Shown here piece by piece: positions 9,520 to 19,133 of a stretch of 64,000 nucleotides of DNA (its first letter is position 1; each line of letters begins with the position of its first letter). This DNA is from Lactobacillus sp. (GTDB lineage: Bacteria > Bacillota > Bacilli > Lactobacillales > Lactobacillaceae), in assembly GCF_051893255.1 (NCBI RefSeq), contig NZ_JBJFHB010000065.1:223-64222 (forward strand), read 5' to 3'. Made by a program: the position numbers and the translations under genes. Below the pieces are notes generated by a model. The model was given only the letters and a program-made list of their open reading frames with translations, was not told the origin of the DNA and did no database searches.

Positions 9520-11805
9520 TTAATGATAACACAGCTGCCGCCCCTGCAAAAAGCTGGTAAAGTAGCTCAGCCCAAAACCGTAATGCCAGGTGATCATCCC
9601 TGAGTCTTGAGTCGACAGGTAGGGAATCCCTAATTCCTTCAATTTTTCTAGGGTAGCGGGCTTAGGGTGGTGGTAGCGGTTGTTGCGGCCTGCCGAAATA
9701 AAGACCAGCTGCGGCTTAATCGTCTCTAAAAATTTCAAAGACGAAGAAGTATCGCTGCCGTGGTGGCCCAGTTTAAAGTAATCGATCCGCAGATCAGGGT
9801 GTTCACTGATAATTTTTTCTTCGCCGGCCTGGTCCAAATCCCCGGTAAAGCCCCAGGTCTTGCCAGCCAGGTTGCAAATTAGCGACAAGGAATCCTTGTT
9901 TTCGCCTAAGCCAGGTTCTTCTGGGTGGAGGACCTGAAAAGGAATTTTTTCTTTAACGGTCATCCCGGCCTGCAGTTCCACTAGCTGGGTATGATCCACC
10001 CGCCCGGCCAGCCTTTGGGCAAAGCTGGGGTTCTGAATGAGGCCAACCCCCATGTAAAGGCGCTTGACCGGCATTTTTTCTAGCAGAGTGCTGAGGTCGC
10101 CCACATGGTCAGCGTCCTGGTGGCTGACAAAAACGCCGTCCAAGTGGTCAATCCCCTGAGCCTTGAGCATGGGCAGGGTAATTTGGTTCAGCTGGGCGCG
10201 CGTTTTCTTATGACCAAAAGACAGCTTGCCGCCGGTGTCAATCAGGTAGCACTTCCTAAAAATCGGAGTGGTCAGCAAAATACTGTCGCCTTGCCCCACG
10301 TCAATGAAGCTGACCTGCCCCATCAGGGGAAAGTGGATGCTGACAAAAAAGAGACTGTAGGCCAAGGCTAAGAATTTTAAGAGCTTGATCCTTTTCCTTT
10401 TTTCTTGAGCAAAGAGCAAGGCTAAGACAGTTAGACTTAGCAGCAAGAGCAGCTGCCAGGGCTTGATCTGGCCAAAAATCACCTGCCCCAGCCGCTGCCC
10501 AGCGATCCAGTCAATCCCCCATTCGGCTGCTTCTAAGATTTTTTCTAAAAATTGCCAGAGAGCTAAATTGGGAACAAACACTGCCAAAAAGGTCGCCGGC
10601 ATGACCACAAAATTGAAATACGGCACAACCAGTAAATTGTAAAAAATCGTCGCCACGTTCACCTGGTAAAAGAAATAGAGCAAAAACGGCGTTAACAGCA
10701 AATTCAGCCAGGCTGATTGACTTAGCCCCTGTATTTCCTGGGTTAAGACCAGCCCGGCTGCCAAAACATAGGTCAGCATCCCCCCAGTTTGGAGGAGCAG
10801 GCGCGGGTTAAAGAACAGCTGCAGGCTAAAGACCAGACCCAAGAGGTCGGCAGACGTGATATTCAGCCCTCTATAGGCTAAAAAGCGCCCCAGGCAATAC
10901 ATCAGGCTGGCCCGGATAAAGCCCGGCTGAAAGCCGCTTAAAAAGACTTCTAAAAGCAAAAAGACACTAGTTACGGCAAAAACTTCGTCTCGCGGGATCA
11001 ACAGAGTTGACCCGACAGCCGCAAAAACTAAGACGTAAAGGCCCACATGCATCCCCGAGATGCTCAGGATGTGGATGACGCCAAGATCGCGGTAATTGTC
11101 CAGATTGCCTTGATTTTCGCTATCGGGGTTTTCCGCCAAGATCAACTCGCTGGCAAAAAAAGCAAGAAGCCGCGGCAGCTTGGCCAAATATTGCTTGATT
11201 TGCCAGCGGATGCGGTGCAGACTAATCTGCCAGTTACTCCCAGCCACCAGCACCTGATAATTGGTCACTTTGACCTGGCCGGCCAAGTGCTGACTATAGG
11301 CGTAGCGGCGGTAGTCAAATTGGCCCGGGTTAGTCGCTGGCTCTGCCTCTTTGGCTTCGCCCGCAAGTTGAGTCAGGTAAACTGCCTGGCCCTGGGCAAG
11401 GGCAGCTTCTAGATCATTTTTAGCAGGACCATACAAGCTGACCTTTTGCCCCTGACAGTGGCCTTTGCCGCTTAACCAATTATCGCTGATTTTGGCTTCA
11501 TCGGGATAAAGGAGAAGTGCCGTATTTTCCCCTAACTGAAAATTTTTTGCCTGCCGGTCGCAAAGAATGGCGCCGGCCATCAGCAAAATTGCTAAAAAAG
11601 CCAAAGCGAAGGCTGCTGGGTATTTGCGCTTGATCAGCCAGGCTAGATAAAGGAGAGTCATAAGGCTCACGATTTTTAAAGTGGCTGCCTGAGCATAGAC
11701 CAAACCAGATAAACTGACTAAGAGCAAGCCCAGCAAAAAGTAAAAACCGCTCTCTAGACTAGATCGTAAGCTGGTCTTTAATCGCGGCGAAGGTCTTGTC
11801 GCCAA
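9520..11805 (-). CDS. comEC: DNA uptake channel ComEC
   Basis: NPGQFDY, HILSISGMHVG competence domain, MBL domain DVGQGD / SHQDADH / HHGS; uninterrupted; TTG start overlapping comEA. Confidence 0.95.
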   Translation of the reverse strand: MATRPSPRLKTSLRSSLESGFYFLLGLLLVSLSGLVYAQAATLKIVSLMTLLYLAWLIKRKYPAAFALAFLAILLMAGAILCDRQAKNFQLGENTALLLYPDEAKISDNWLSGKGHCQGQKVSLYGPAKNDLEAALAQGQAVYLTQLAGEAKEAEPATNPGQFDYRRYAYSQHLAGQVKVTNYQVLVAGSNWQISLHRIRWQIKQYLAKLPRLLAFFASELILAENPDSENQGNLDNYRDLGVIHILSISGMHVGLYVLVFAAVGSTLLIPRDEVFAVTSVFLLLEVFLSGFQPGFIRASLMYCLGRFLAYRGLNITSADLLGLVFSLQLFFNPRLLLQTGGMLTYVLAAGLVLTQEIQGLSQSAWLNLLLTPFLLYFFYQVNVATIFYNLLVVPYFNFVVMPATFLAVFVPNLALWQFLEKILEAAEWGIDWIAGQRLGQVIFGQIKPWQLLLLLSLTVLALLFAQEKRKRIKLLKFLALAYSLFFVSIHFPLMGQVSFIDVGQGDSILLTTPIFRKCYLIDTGGKLSFGHKKTRAQLNQITLPMLKAQGIDHLDGVFVSHQDADHVGDLSTLLEKMPVKRLYMGVGLIQNPSFAQRLAGRVDHTQLVELQAGMTVKEKIPFQVLHPEEPGLGENKDSLSLICNLAGKTWGFTGDLDQAGEEKIISEHPDLRIDYFKLGHHGSDTSSSLKFLETIKPQLVFISAGRNNRYHHPKPATLEKLKELGIPYLSTQDSGMITWHYGFGLSYFTSFLQGRQLCYH

Positions 11806-12511
11806 TTCCCGACACCTCTTTCAGCTCATCGATAGACTTAAAGCCCCCCTTTTCCTGCCGGTAGGCAATGATCTGCTGGGCTTTCTTTTCCCCGATACCG
11901 TTTAGCTTTTGCAATTCTGTGGCCGAAGCCGTATTGATGTTGACCTGGCCGCCACTAGCGCCGCTAGCTGAATCTCCACTTGCTGCAGAAGCATCAGCGC
12001 TAGTACTAGTGGCCATACTTGCACTGCTAGCAGTAGCAGCACTCGCTGGCACGTTCTTTTCGCCCTTATAGGGGATGTAGATCTTGTCTTGGTCGCGGAG
12101 CAGCTGACTCCGGTTAATTGCCTTTAAATCGGCCCGCTTCGTCAACCCGCCGGCACATTCAATCAGGTCTTCCAGCCGCATCCCATTTTTCAGGGTATAA
12201 ACGCCCTGGTGCTTGACGGCTCCAGAAATATCACAGACCACCTTATTTGAGGAAACTTGCATACTGGACGTCTGGGCATTAGCAGTTGATGACACTCCAC
12301 TGGCGCTGCTGCCTGACGAAGAAAAGGACGATCCAGCAGAGCCTGACTGCGAGCTAGTCAGCAGGGCTGAATTATCAACCTGTTTTTGATTTGCCTGGTA
12401 AAAGTAAAAGCCACCTGCAACCAGGACGATCCCAATCAGGTAGATTTTCTTTTCTAAAAGCCAGTCAACGACTTGACGAAATTTGCTTTCTGTATGGTTT
12501 TCTTGATTCAT
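11759..12511 (-). CDS. comEA: DNA receptor ComEA
   Basis: N-terminal TM, SLBB domain (DISGAVKHQGVY), C-terminal HhH (VNINTASATELQKLNGIGEKKA); start at ATG 12511 after GAGGTG. Confidence 0.95.
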   Translation of the reverse strand: MNQENHTESKFRQVVDWLLEKKIYLIGIVLVAGGFYFYQANQKQVDNSALLTSSQSGSAGSSFSSSGSSASGVSSTANAQTSSMQVSSNKVVCDISGAVKHQGVYTLKNGMRLEDLIECAGGLTKRADLKAINRSQLLRDQDKIYIPYKGEKNVPASAATASSASMATSTSADASAASGDSASGASGGQVNINTASATELQKLNGIGEKKAQQIIAYRQEKGGFKSIDELKEVSGIGDKTFAAIKDQLTI

Positions 12512-12523
12512 TTTTTTCACCTC

Positions 12524-12567
12524 ACTTATTAGTACACCGAAAATCGAAATTTTCACGAAAAAAGTTG
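12524..12567 (-). promoter_or_regulatory. Candidate competence-specific promoter, copy 1 (comEA-comEC)
   Basis: CAACTTT-N15-GATTTTCGGTGTA, shared at identical spacing with the radC upstream region. Confidence 0.7.
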
Positions 12568-12616
12568 TGGATAAGTCAATTTCATCCGTCTTTCAGAAAG
12601 TGTAAATGAAAAAATA

Positions 12617-12644
12617 AAAGCTCAGACACTTGGTCTGAGCTTTT
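12617..12644 (-). terminator. Terminator after ylbL, isolating comEA from the upstream operon
   Basis: AAAAGCTCAGAC-ACTT-GTCTGAGCTTTT with A/T tails. Confidence 0.8.
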
Positions 12645-12690
12645 ACTCTCGAATAATATTCTTGAATTATTTTTTATCTTAGCGATTCAC

Positions 12691-13737
12691 CTACTTGTAA
12701 TGCTTTTGCAAGTAGGTCAAAGCATCATCAAAAGTCGCAACCGGCACGATCTTCATCTTGGTATGGATCTTCTTCGCCGTTCTCTTAGCTACCGCGTAGT
12801 TGGTTTGCGACTTCTTGACGCCGGTTTGGTCGGTTGGGGCAAAGAAGACTTCGGCTCCCGCCTTAGAAGCAGAAACCACCTTCTTGTCAACGCCCCCAAT
12901 GATGCCGACCTTGCCGGTCGCATCAATGGTTCCGGTTCCGGCCACCTTGTGACCATTAGTCAGGTTGGTCTTAGTGAAGTTCTGATAGCAGGCTAAGGAG
13001 AACATGAGCCCTGCAGATGGACCGCCGACATCGCCGACGCTAATCGTCGTCTTCGGCGTCACTTCCACCTTAACCCGTTCAACCATGGAGATGCCGATCC
13101 CCGGCTTGCCCGTGCCCTTCACTTTAACAATTTTCCCGGTAAAAGTCTTCTGCTTGCCAGACCGCTTAACGGTAATGGTCACCTTCTGGCCGATCTTCTG
13201 CTTTTGCAGGTAGGCCATAAAGCCCTTGACCGACTTGAACTTCCGGCCATTGGCCGCCACGATCGTGTCTCCGATCAGCAATTTTTTCTTAAAAGAAGAG
13301 CTCTTTTGCACGGCCATGACGTACACGCCCTGGTACTTGAGCTTGGGATGGCGGCCTGCCTTTTTGGCGGCGTAATAGATCGCCGTCTGCTGGCTGGTCT
13401 GCATGTACCATTCCTGCAGCTGCTCATATTGCTCAGTCGTCGCGCCTCCCGTCGCCTCTTCTAAGGTCATCCGGTCTTCAAAAGGCTGGGTGAAAGACCA
13501 GAGGTAGTCGCCCAAAACGGCGCGCCGCTCGCTAACGGTAACGAAATAGAGGTTCTTCGGCGACTTCACGCCATCAGTTTTTAAGTAGTCGCCTACCACA
13601 AAGCTCTCGCCTGGCGCCTCAATCACGTAATTAGTCGGGATCAGGGCGATAATGGCCAAAAGCAAGGCGACGCCCAGGCCGATGAGGGGCTTGCGCCATC
13701 TGGAATGCTTTTGCTGATCTTGCTTAGTCTTCGCCAT
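12691..13737 (-). CDS. ylbL: YlbL/SepM family PDZ + Lon-type protease
   Basis: N-terminal TM, PDZ region, GPSAGLMF Ser motif, AGTGTID, GGVDKK. Confidence 0.88.
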   Translation of the reverse strand: MAKTKQDQQKHSRWRKPLIGLGVALLLAIIALIPTNYVIEAPGESFVVGDYLKTDGVKSPKNLYFVTVSERRAVLGDYLWSFTQPFEDRMTLEEATGGATTEQYEQLQEWYMQTSQQTAIYYAAKKAGRHPKLKYQGVYVMAVQKSSSFKKKLLIGDTIVAANGRKFKSVKGFMAYLQKQKIGQKVTITVKRSGKQKTFTGKIVKVKGTGKPGIGISMVERVKVEVTPKTTISVGDVGGPSAGLMFSLACYQNFTKTNLTNGHKVAGTGTIDATGKVGIIGGVDKKVVSASKAGAEVFFAPTDQTGVKKSQTNYAVAKRTAKKIHTKMKIVPVATFDDALTYLQKHYK

Positions 13738-14212
13738 GCAGTTTCTCCTTTAATGCAATAGCGGCTTTTGCCGGCAAAAATTGCGAGATGTCGCCGCCAT
13801 ATTTGGCGATTTCTTTCACCATGCTGGAGGCAATTGCGGCATTTTCCCCGCGGGCTAAAAACAGGGCCGTTGGCAAAGCCGGTTCTAGATGCCGGTTCAT
13901 TTCCGCAATCTGCTGCTCATAAAGAAAGTCGCTAGTATTGCGGACGCCTCTGACCAACACGCCGGCACCGAGTTCTTTGGCCAGCTTGACCGTCAATTGG
14001 TTGGGCCGGGCCAGTACCTCCACATTAGGAAGGTCCCTCACGGCGTCTTGGATCAGCACTACTCGCTCTTGTTCGCTAAATAGAGGCTTTTTACTGGTAT
14101 TGGTCATCACGACCACCAGCAAGCAATCAAAAACGGCTGCTGCTTGCTCAATCGTGTCTAAATGGCCCAAGGTAATTGGGTCAAAGCTGCCTGGAAATAA
14201 TGCAATCGTCAT
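13724..14212 (-). CDS. coaD: Phosphopantetheine adenylyltransferase
   Basis: FPGSFDPITLGH, VRGVR, SSMVKEI. Confidence 0.97.
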   Translation of the reverse strand: MTIALFPGSFDPITLGHLDTIEQAAAVFDCLLVVVMTNTSKKPLFSEQERVVLIQDAVRDLPNVEVLARPNQLTVKLAKELGAGVLVRGVRNTSDFLYEQQIAEMNRHLEPALPTALFLARGENAAIASSMVKEIAKYGGDISQFLPAKAAIALKEKLHGED

Positions 14213-14213
14213 C

Positions 14214-14765
14214 TTATTCTGCCTTTTGATAAAATCTGACCAAGGTCTTGCCCAGATGGTGTTCTTTTAAGAGGTCATAGCCGGAGATCTCTGGCAAATC
14301 CGTCTCATCGTCGGTTTCAACGACTATTTTTGCACCGTTATTGAGCAAGTCAAGATTTAGCAAGGCGCCCATGTCCTTCACCATCTGCTGCTTGGCGTAT
14401 GGCGGGTCTAAAAAGACTAGGTCAAACTTGATGCCTTGATCGGCGTAATACTTTAAAGCAGCCTTGGCTGGCATGTTGGTGACGACGAATTTGTCTTCTT
14501 CCTTGGTCAAGGCCACGTTCTTTTTGATGATTTGGCACGCAGCCCGGTTGATGTCGTTTAAGTAGGCTTGGTCATAGCCCCGCGACACGGCTTCAATGCC
14601 CAAGGCGCCGCTGCCACCATAGAGGTCTAAGACGGTGCCACCTGAGAAAAATTGGCCAAGAGAATTAAACAAGGATTCCTTCACTTTGTCGCTGGTTGGC
14701 CGGGTCTTTTGACTCTTCAGGGTAAACAAGTTGCGCTTAGCGTATTTTCCAGAAATAATTCTCAC
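14214..14765 (-). CDS. rsmD: 16S rRNA m2G966 methyltransferase
   Basis: RIISGK, TRPTSDKVKE, LDLYGGSG, FLDPPY; GTG start at 14765 overlapping ylbG stop (GTGA). Confidence 0.95.
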   Translation of the reverse strand: MRIISGKYAKRNLFTLKSQKTRPTSDKVKESLFNSLGQFFSGGTVLDLYGGSGALGIEAVSRGYDQAYLNDINRAACQIIKKNVALTKEEDKFVVTNMPAKAALKYYADQGIKFDLVFLDPPYAKQQMVKDMGALLNLDLLNNGAKIVVETDDETDLPEISGYDLLKEHHLGKTLVRFYQKAE

Positions 14766-15106
14766 TTCATCCACCCCTTTTTCTTGCTGTCATCGTTCAA
14801 GATCTCTTCCGCTTCTTTGGCCAGGTCCTTGATCTGATCTTCAATTTGCTGGTTGTCCAAATCGATTTGGTCGGCTTCAGAAACCTCAACCTTTTTGACA
14901 AAAGTCAGCCTCTCTAATTGCTGCACCGTTTCTTCGACTTTTTCCTGGTCAACATACATGATCAGGTAGTGCATTTTTTTGGAAAAATAAACGATATCGC
15001 CAAAGCGGCGGAGCTTAAACTGATCGCTATTGGCATTGCGCAGGTAAACGATCAAGCTCGTTCTCTTTGGCAGATCCAAATCGGCTAATTCCTGATTAAT
15101 AGTCAC
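14762..15106 (-). CDS. ylbG: YlbG family (UPF0298) protein
   Basis: RTSLIVYL, LRRFGDIVYFSKKMHYLIMYVD; conserved ftsW-ylbG-rsmD context. Confidence 0.85.
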   Translation of the reverse strand: MTINQELADLDLPKRTSLIVYLRNANSDQFKLRRFGDIVYFSKKMHYLIMYVDQEKVEETVQQLERLTFVKKVEVSEADQIDLDNQQIEDQIKDLAKEAEEILNDDSKKKGWMK

Positions 15107-16319
15107 TTGCTGCCTCCATTTCTTCTTGCATTCTCAAATATTCTTTGTGTTCTTTCTCTTCCCGGTCAACATTCAAAACTAGGCCGATGGCGGCTGATAA
15201 GACCCAAAGAGATGACCCACCATATGAGATAAAGGGCAGGGTCACCCCGGTGATTGGCAAAAGGCCTAAAACCGCCCCGACGTTAAAGAGGGTTTGGAAG
15301 AAGATAATTGCCGTCACGCCAAAACAGATTAAAGACGTGTATTGAGATTCGGCTCTAACGCCCTTTTCCATGATCAAGAACATGAGGTAAAAGAGCATCC
15401 CTAAGACCAGTAAGGCCCCTAAAGAGCCAATTTCTTCGGCGATAATTGACAAGATAAAGTCTGTGTAAGGTTCTGGCAGGTAGCCCCGCTTTTGGATGCT
15501 GTTGCCCAGGCCCGAGCCAAAGAGGCCGCCGTTGTGGATGGCGTAGTATGAGTTAACCAGCTGGGCCCCTTCATTGGCCGCCGTTTTGAAGGGGTGCAAA
15601 AAGGCAATGAAACGCTTGTAGACGTAGACATTTTGTAAAAAGCTGGGGTTCCAGTGAACGATCAAGCTAAAGCCGCCGACAACCATGATCAAGATCCCCA
15701 GCAGACTCAAAATGGCATAGCCAGATGGCATCCCTGAAACGGAGTACATAATGGCCACCATGCAAAAGAGGATGGCCGTCCCCCCGAAGTCCGGTTCAAT
15801 CAAAACCAAGAACATGGTAACCACCGCAATCAAAGAAGTTGGCAACAGCTGATTAATGATATGTCCCCTGACCAGACGTCCATCCAGCTTAAAGAGCATT
15901 TCCGCTAAATATAGAAGCAAGATCAATTTAGCCAGTTCTAGAGGCTGAATGTTGATCGGCCCTGCCTTGATCCAGCCCCGAGCCCCATTGACTTCTTGCC
16001 CAAAAAAGCGGACATAAAAAAGCAAGCCCCAACTAATCAGCGTTAGATACATTAGATTTCTTCCTTTCCGGAAAAAATCCAAGTTCAAGCTATAAAAAGT
16101 TAGGCATATCGCCACCCCAAAGCAGGCATAGATAAACTGTCTTACGCCGTATACCGTTGCCTTAAAGCCGTTAATCATCAAGATTTCGGAACTTGCCGAA
16201 TATACGGCCACGATCCCGACCGTCATCAAGAGCAGGTAGACGATAAAAATGCGGTAATTCAGGTATTTAAACTTTTCCTTGAGCTGTTTTGCGAAACTTG
16301 GCTTGCTTTGTCCCTTCAC
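15096..16319 (-). CDS. ftsW: SEDS family peptidoglycan polymerase FtsW
   Basis: NGARGWI, IQPLE, EPDFG, PEPYTDFI, LPFISYGGSS. Confidence 0.92.
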   Translation of the reverse strand: MKGQSKPSFAKQLKEKFKYLNYRIFIVYLLLMTVGIVAVYSASSEILMINGFKATVYGVRQFIYACFGVAICLTFYSLNLDFFRKGRNLMYLTLISWGLLFYVRFFGQEVNGARGWIKAGPINIQPLELAKLILLLYLAEMLFKLDGRLVRGHIINQLLPTSLIAVVTMFLVLIEPDFGGTAILFCMVAIMYSVSGMPSGYAILSLLGILIMVVGGFSLIVHWNPSFLQNVYVYKRFIAFLHPFKTAANEGAQLVNSYYAIHNGGLFGSGLGNSIQKRGYLPEPYTDFILSIIAEEIGSLGALLVLGMLFYLMFLIMEKGVRAESQYTSLICFGVTAIIFFQTLFNVGAVLGLLPITGVTLPFISYGGSSLWVLSAAIGLVLNVDREEKEHKEYLRMQEEMEAASDY

Positions 16320-16428
16320 GTTTTTTCCCTCATAAAAAATAGTCTTACCTTCAATTATAAAACAAAAAAGCCTCCACTCCTATATTTAGGAGCAAAGACT
16401 TTACTAAAAAGCTAAGAAATTATCGAAA

Positions 16429-18276
16429 TTAGTTGTTCTTGGCCTTCTTCTTGTCGAACTTTTGCCGTTCTGAAGTGTTCAAGATCTTCTTCCGCAGGCG
16501 CAAGCTTTCTGGCGTTACTTCACAGTATTCGTCATCGTTCAAGAATTCGATTGATTCTTCCAAAGTCAAGGTCTTTGGCGTTCTGATGGCTGCTGCGTGG
16601 TCCTTACCGGAAGCACGGGTGTTAGTCAAGTTCTTACCCTTAGTGACGTTAACGGCGATGTCACGGTCACGTGAAGATACGCCGACAATCATCCCTTCGT
16701 AAACTTGAACGCCGGCACCGATGAAGAGTTGGCCACGTTGTTCAACTGATTGCAAGGAGTAAGTGGTTGATTGGCCTTGGTTGATAGAAACCAAAGCACC
16801 GTTGCGGCGGCCTGGGTTCCAGTTCTTAACGACTGGCTTGTATTCGCTGAAGGTGTGGTTCATGATCCCGTAACCACCAGTTGCAGACATGAATTCGTTG
16901 TTGTAACCGATCAAACCACGTGAAGGAACTGAGAATTCCAAACGGGTTTGGCCGTTGCCCTTGGATTCCATGTTTTGCATTTCACCCTTACGTTGGGACA
17001 AACCGTCGATAACGGAACCAACGTATTCGTCTGGAACGTCAACTTGAACAGCTTCGTATGGTTCGCACATTTGGCCATCAACTTCGCGGTAGATAACCTT
17101 TGGACGAGACAGTTGCAGTTCAAAGCCTTCCCGGCGCATTTCTTCAACCAGGATGGACAAGTGCAGTTCCCCACGGCCAGATACAGTCCAAGCGTTCAAT
17201 TGGTCGGTTGGTTCAACCTTCAAGGAAACGTCAGTCCGGGTTTGCCGCATTAAGCGTTCTTCCAACTTAGCTGGAGTAACTTGTGAGCCTTCTCGGCCAG
17301 CAAATGGAGAGTCGTTGGCAACAAAGTCCATTTGCAGGGTAGGTGGGTCGATCCGCAGGAATGGCAAGGCTTCTGGTTGGTCCTTAGCAGCAATGGTTTC
17401 ACCAACGAAGATGTCGTTAATCCCGCTGATGGCGATGATGTCGCCGGCCTTGGCTTCCTTGATTTCGTTACGCTTCAAACCGAAGTAACCAAACAGCTTA
17501 GTAACGCGGAAGTTTTGCTTTGAGCCGTCCCGCTTCATAACCGTTACTTCGTCGCCGACCTTGATCTTGCCCCGGTAAACGCGGCCAACACCGATACGGC
17601 CAACGTAGTCGTCCCAGTCAAGCATAGTAATTTGGAATTGCAGTGGTTCGTCTTCGTTGTCAAGCGGAGCTGGGATGGCCTTCAAGATGGTGTCGAAGAT
17701 TGGATCCATCGTTTCTTCTTGGTCAGCTGGGTCATCAGAGTAGCTGGAAGTACCGTTCAAAGCTGAAGCGTAAACAACTGGGAATTCCAATTGTTCATCG
17801 TTAGCACCAAGTTCGATGAAGAGTTCCAAAACTTCATCCAAAACTTCTGCTGGACGCGCACCTGGACGGTCGATCTTGTTAACGACAACAACTGGCTTAA
17901 CGCCAGCTTCCAAGGCCTTTTGCAAAACGAAACGAGTTTGTGGCATTGGACCTTCGTAGGCGTCAACCAAAAGCAAGGCACCGTCGACCATGTGCATGAT
18001 CCGTTCTACTTCACCACCAAAGTCGGCGTGGCCTGGGGTGTCCAAGATGTTGATCGTGGTACCCTTGTAGCTAACAGCAGTGTTCTTGGACAAGATGGTA
18101 ATCCCACGTTCACGTTCAATGGCGTTAGAGTCCATTGCCCGGTCTTCCAAGTTCATGTGTTCTGGTAAAGTATCAGATTGCTTAAGCAATTGGTTAACCA
18201 AAGTAGTCTTACCGTGGTCAACGTGGGCAATAATTGCAATATTTCTGATGTTTTCTCTTCTCTTTTGATCTGCCAA
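16429..18276 (-). CDS. typA: Translational GTPase TypA/BipA
   Basis: [46 protein letters not shown]; TTG start at 18276 after GGAGG. Confidence 0.97.
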   Translation of the reverse strand: MADQKRRENIRNIAIIAHVDHGKTTLVNQLLKQSDTLPEHMNLEDRAMDSNAIERERGITILSKNTAVSYKGTTINILDTPGHADFGGEVERIMHMVDGALLLVDAYEGPMPQTRFVLQKALEAGVKPVVVVNKIDRPGARPAEVLDEVLELFIELGANDEQLEFPVVYASALNGTSSYSDDPADQEETMDPIFDTILKAIPAPLDNEDEPLQFQITMLDWDDYVGRIGVGRVYRGKIKVGDEVTVMKRDGSKQNFRVTKLFGYFGLKRNEIKEAKAGDIIAISGINDIFVGETIAAKDQPEALPFLRIDPPTLQMDFVANDSPFAGREGSQVTPAKLEERLMRQTRTDVSLKVEPTDQLNAWTVSGRGELHLSILVEEMRREGFELQLSRPKVIYREVDGQMCEPYEAVQVDVPDEYVGSVIDGLSQRKGEMQNMESKGNGQTRLEFSVPSRGLIGYNNEFMSATGGYGIMNHTFSEYKPVVKNWNPGRRNGALVSINQGQSTTYSLQSVEQRGQLFIGAGVQVYEGMIVGVSSRDRDIAVNVTKGKNLTNTRASGKDHAAAIRTPKTLTLEESIEFLNDDEYCEVTPESLRLRKKILNTSERQKFDKKKAKNN

Positions 18277-18300
18277 AAATGTTTCCTCCCCGTTCCTCAT

Positions 18301-18380
18301 AAAAAGAACTGTGACTTACGCACAGTTCCCTTTAGCCTGATTCAGGCTGGCCGAAGTTTTCCGTTTATATTTTTTACAAT
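18301..18380 (-). promoter_or_regulatory. typA 5' leader containing an intrinsic terminator (candidate attenuator)
   Basis: Hairpin AGCCTG-AAT-CAGGCT, then GAACTGTG-CGTAAGT-CACAGTTC-TTTTT, ending 25 nt before the start codon. Confidence 0.6.
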
Positions 18381-18385
18381 CATTT

Positions 18386-18414
18386 ATTGTACAACCTCAA
18401 AGAAAGCAGGTCAA
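18386..18414 (-). promoter_or_regulatory. Sigma-A promoter of typA
   Basis: TTGACC-N17-TACAAT. Confidence 0.75.
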
Positions 18415-18525
18415 CTGATTTCCTTTAGTTGATTATCGATTTAGGCAAATATTTCCCCATACCCGGCTATTTTGTGGTAAAAATATAGTAGCAAGAAAAT
18501 ACATTTTAAAAAGGAGTCTTAAATT

Positions 18526-19080
18526 TTGATTTTAATGAAAGATATTGTCCGCGACGGCGATCCAGTCTTACGGCAAGTTGCCAAGAAGTTGACTTTCCCT
18601 TTGTCTGACCATTACCGCAAACTGGCAGACGACATGATGGAATACCTGGTTAATTCCCAAGATCCAAAGACTGCGGCTAAGCACCAATTGCGGGCCGGCG
18701 TGGGTCTGGCAGCTCCGCAAGTTGGCGAAGGCGTGTCCATGGCAGCCTTACTTGTGCCAAATGACAAGGGCGAAATCATCTTTAAAGAAGTTTACGTTAA
18801 CCCAGAAATCATTTCTGAATCAGTCCGCAAGACCTGCCTTGGCGAAGGCGAAGGCTGCCTGAGCGTAGACAAGGTAATCGATGGCTACGTTCCGCGCCCA
18901 AACAAGGTAACGATTCACTACTGGACCGTTGACGGCGAAGAAAAGACCATTCGCCTCAAGGGCTACCCAGCCATCGTTTCTGGCCATGAAATCGACCACT
19001 TGAACGGTCACCTCTTCTACGACCGCATCAACAAGAAGAACCCATTTGAATTAGCAGACGACACCATCGTGATCTACTAA
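18526..19080 (+). CDS. def: Peptide deformylase
   Basis: [21 protein letters not shown]. Confidence 0.98.
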   Translation: MILMKDIVRDGDPVLRQVAKKLTFPLSDHYRKLADDMMEYLVNSQDPKTAAKHQLRAGVGLAAPQVGEGVSMAALLVPNDKGEIIFKEVYVNPEIISESVRKTCLGEGEGCLSVDKVIDGYVPRPNKVTIHYWTVDGEEKTIRLKGYPAIVSGHEIDHLNGHLFYDRINKKNPFELADDTIVIY

Positions 19081-19088
19081 TTCCCTTG

Positions 19089-19133
19089 GCCCAAGCTAGG
19101 CTAGACCTTTCGTCTACCTGACTTGGGCTTTTT
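19089..19133 (+). terminator. Terminator after def
   Basis: GCCCAAG...CTTGGGC-TTTTT. Confidence 0.7.

Noticed and set aside
11950-12370. Ser/Ala-rich low-complexity stretches in comEA
   Set aside because: Ordinary flexible linkers flanking the SLBB domain
18342-18383. 13-codon uORF MIVKNINGKLRPA in the typA leader
   Set aside because: Its ATG is only 2 nt after the -10 hexamer, so it is probably upstream of the transcription start, and it has no RBS; revisit only if TSS mapping shows a leaderless start
18300-18526. No pdhABCD or other genes between def and typA, and no comEB between comEA and comEC
   Set aside because: To my knowledge normal for the acidophilus/delbrueckii lineage; no remnants visible
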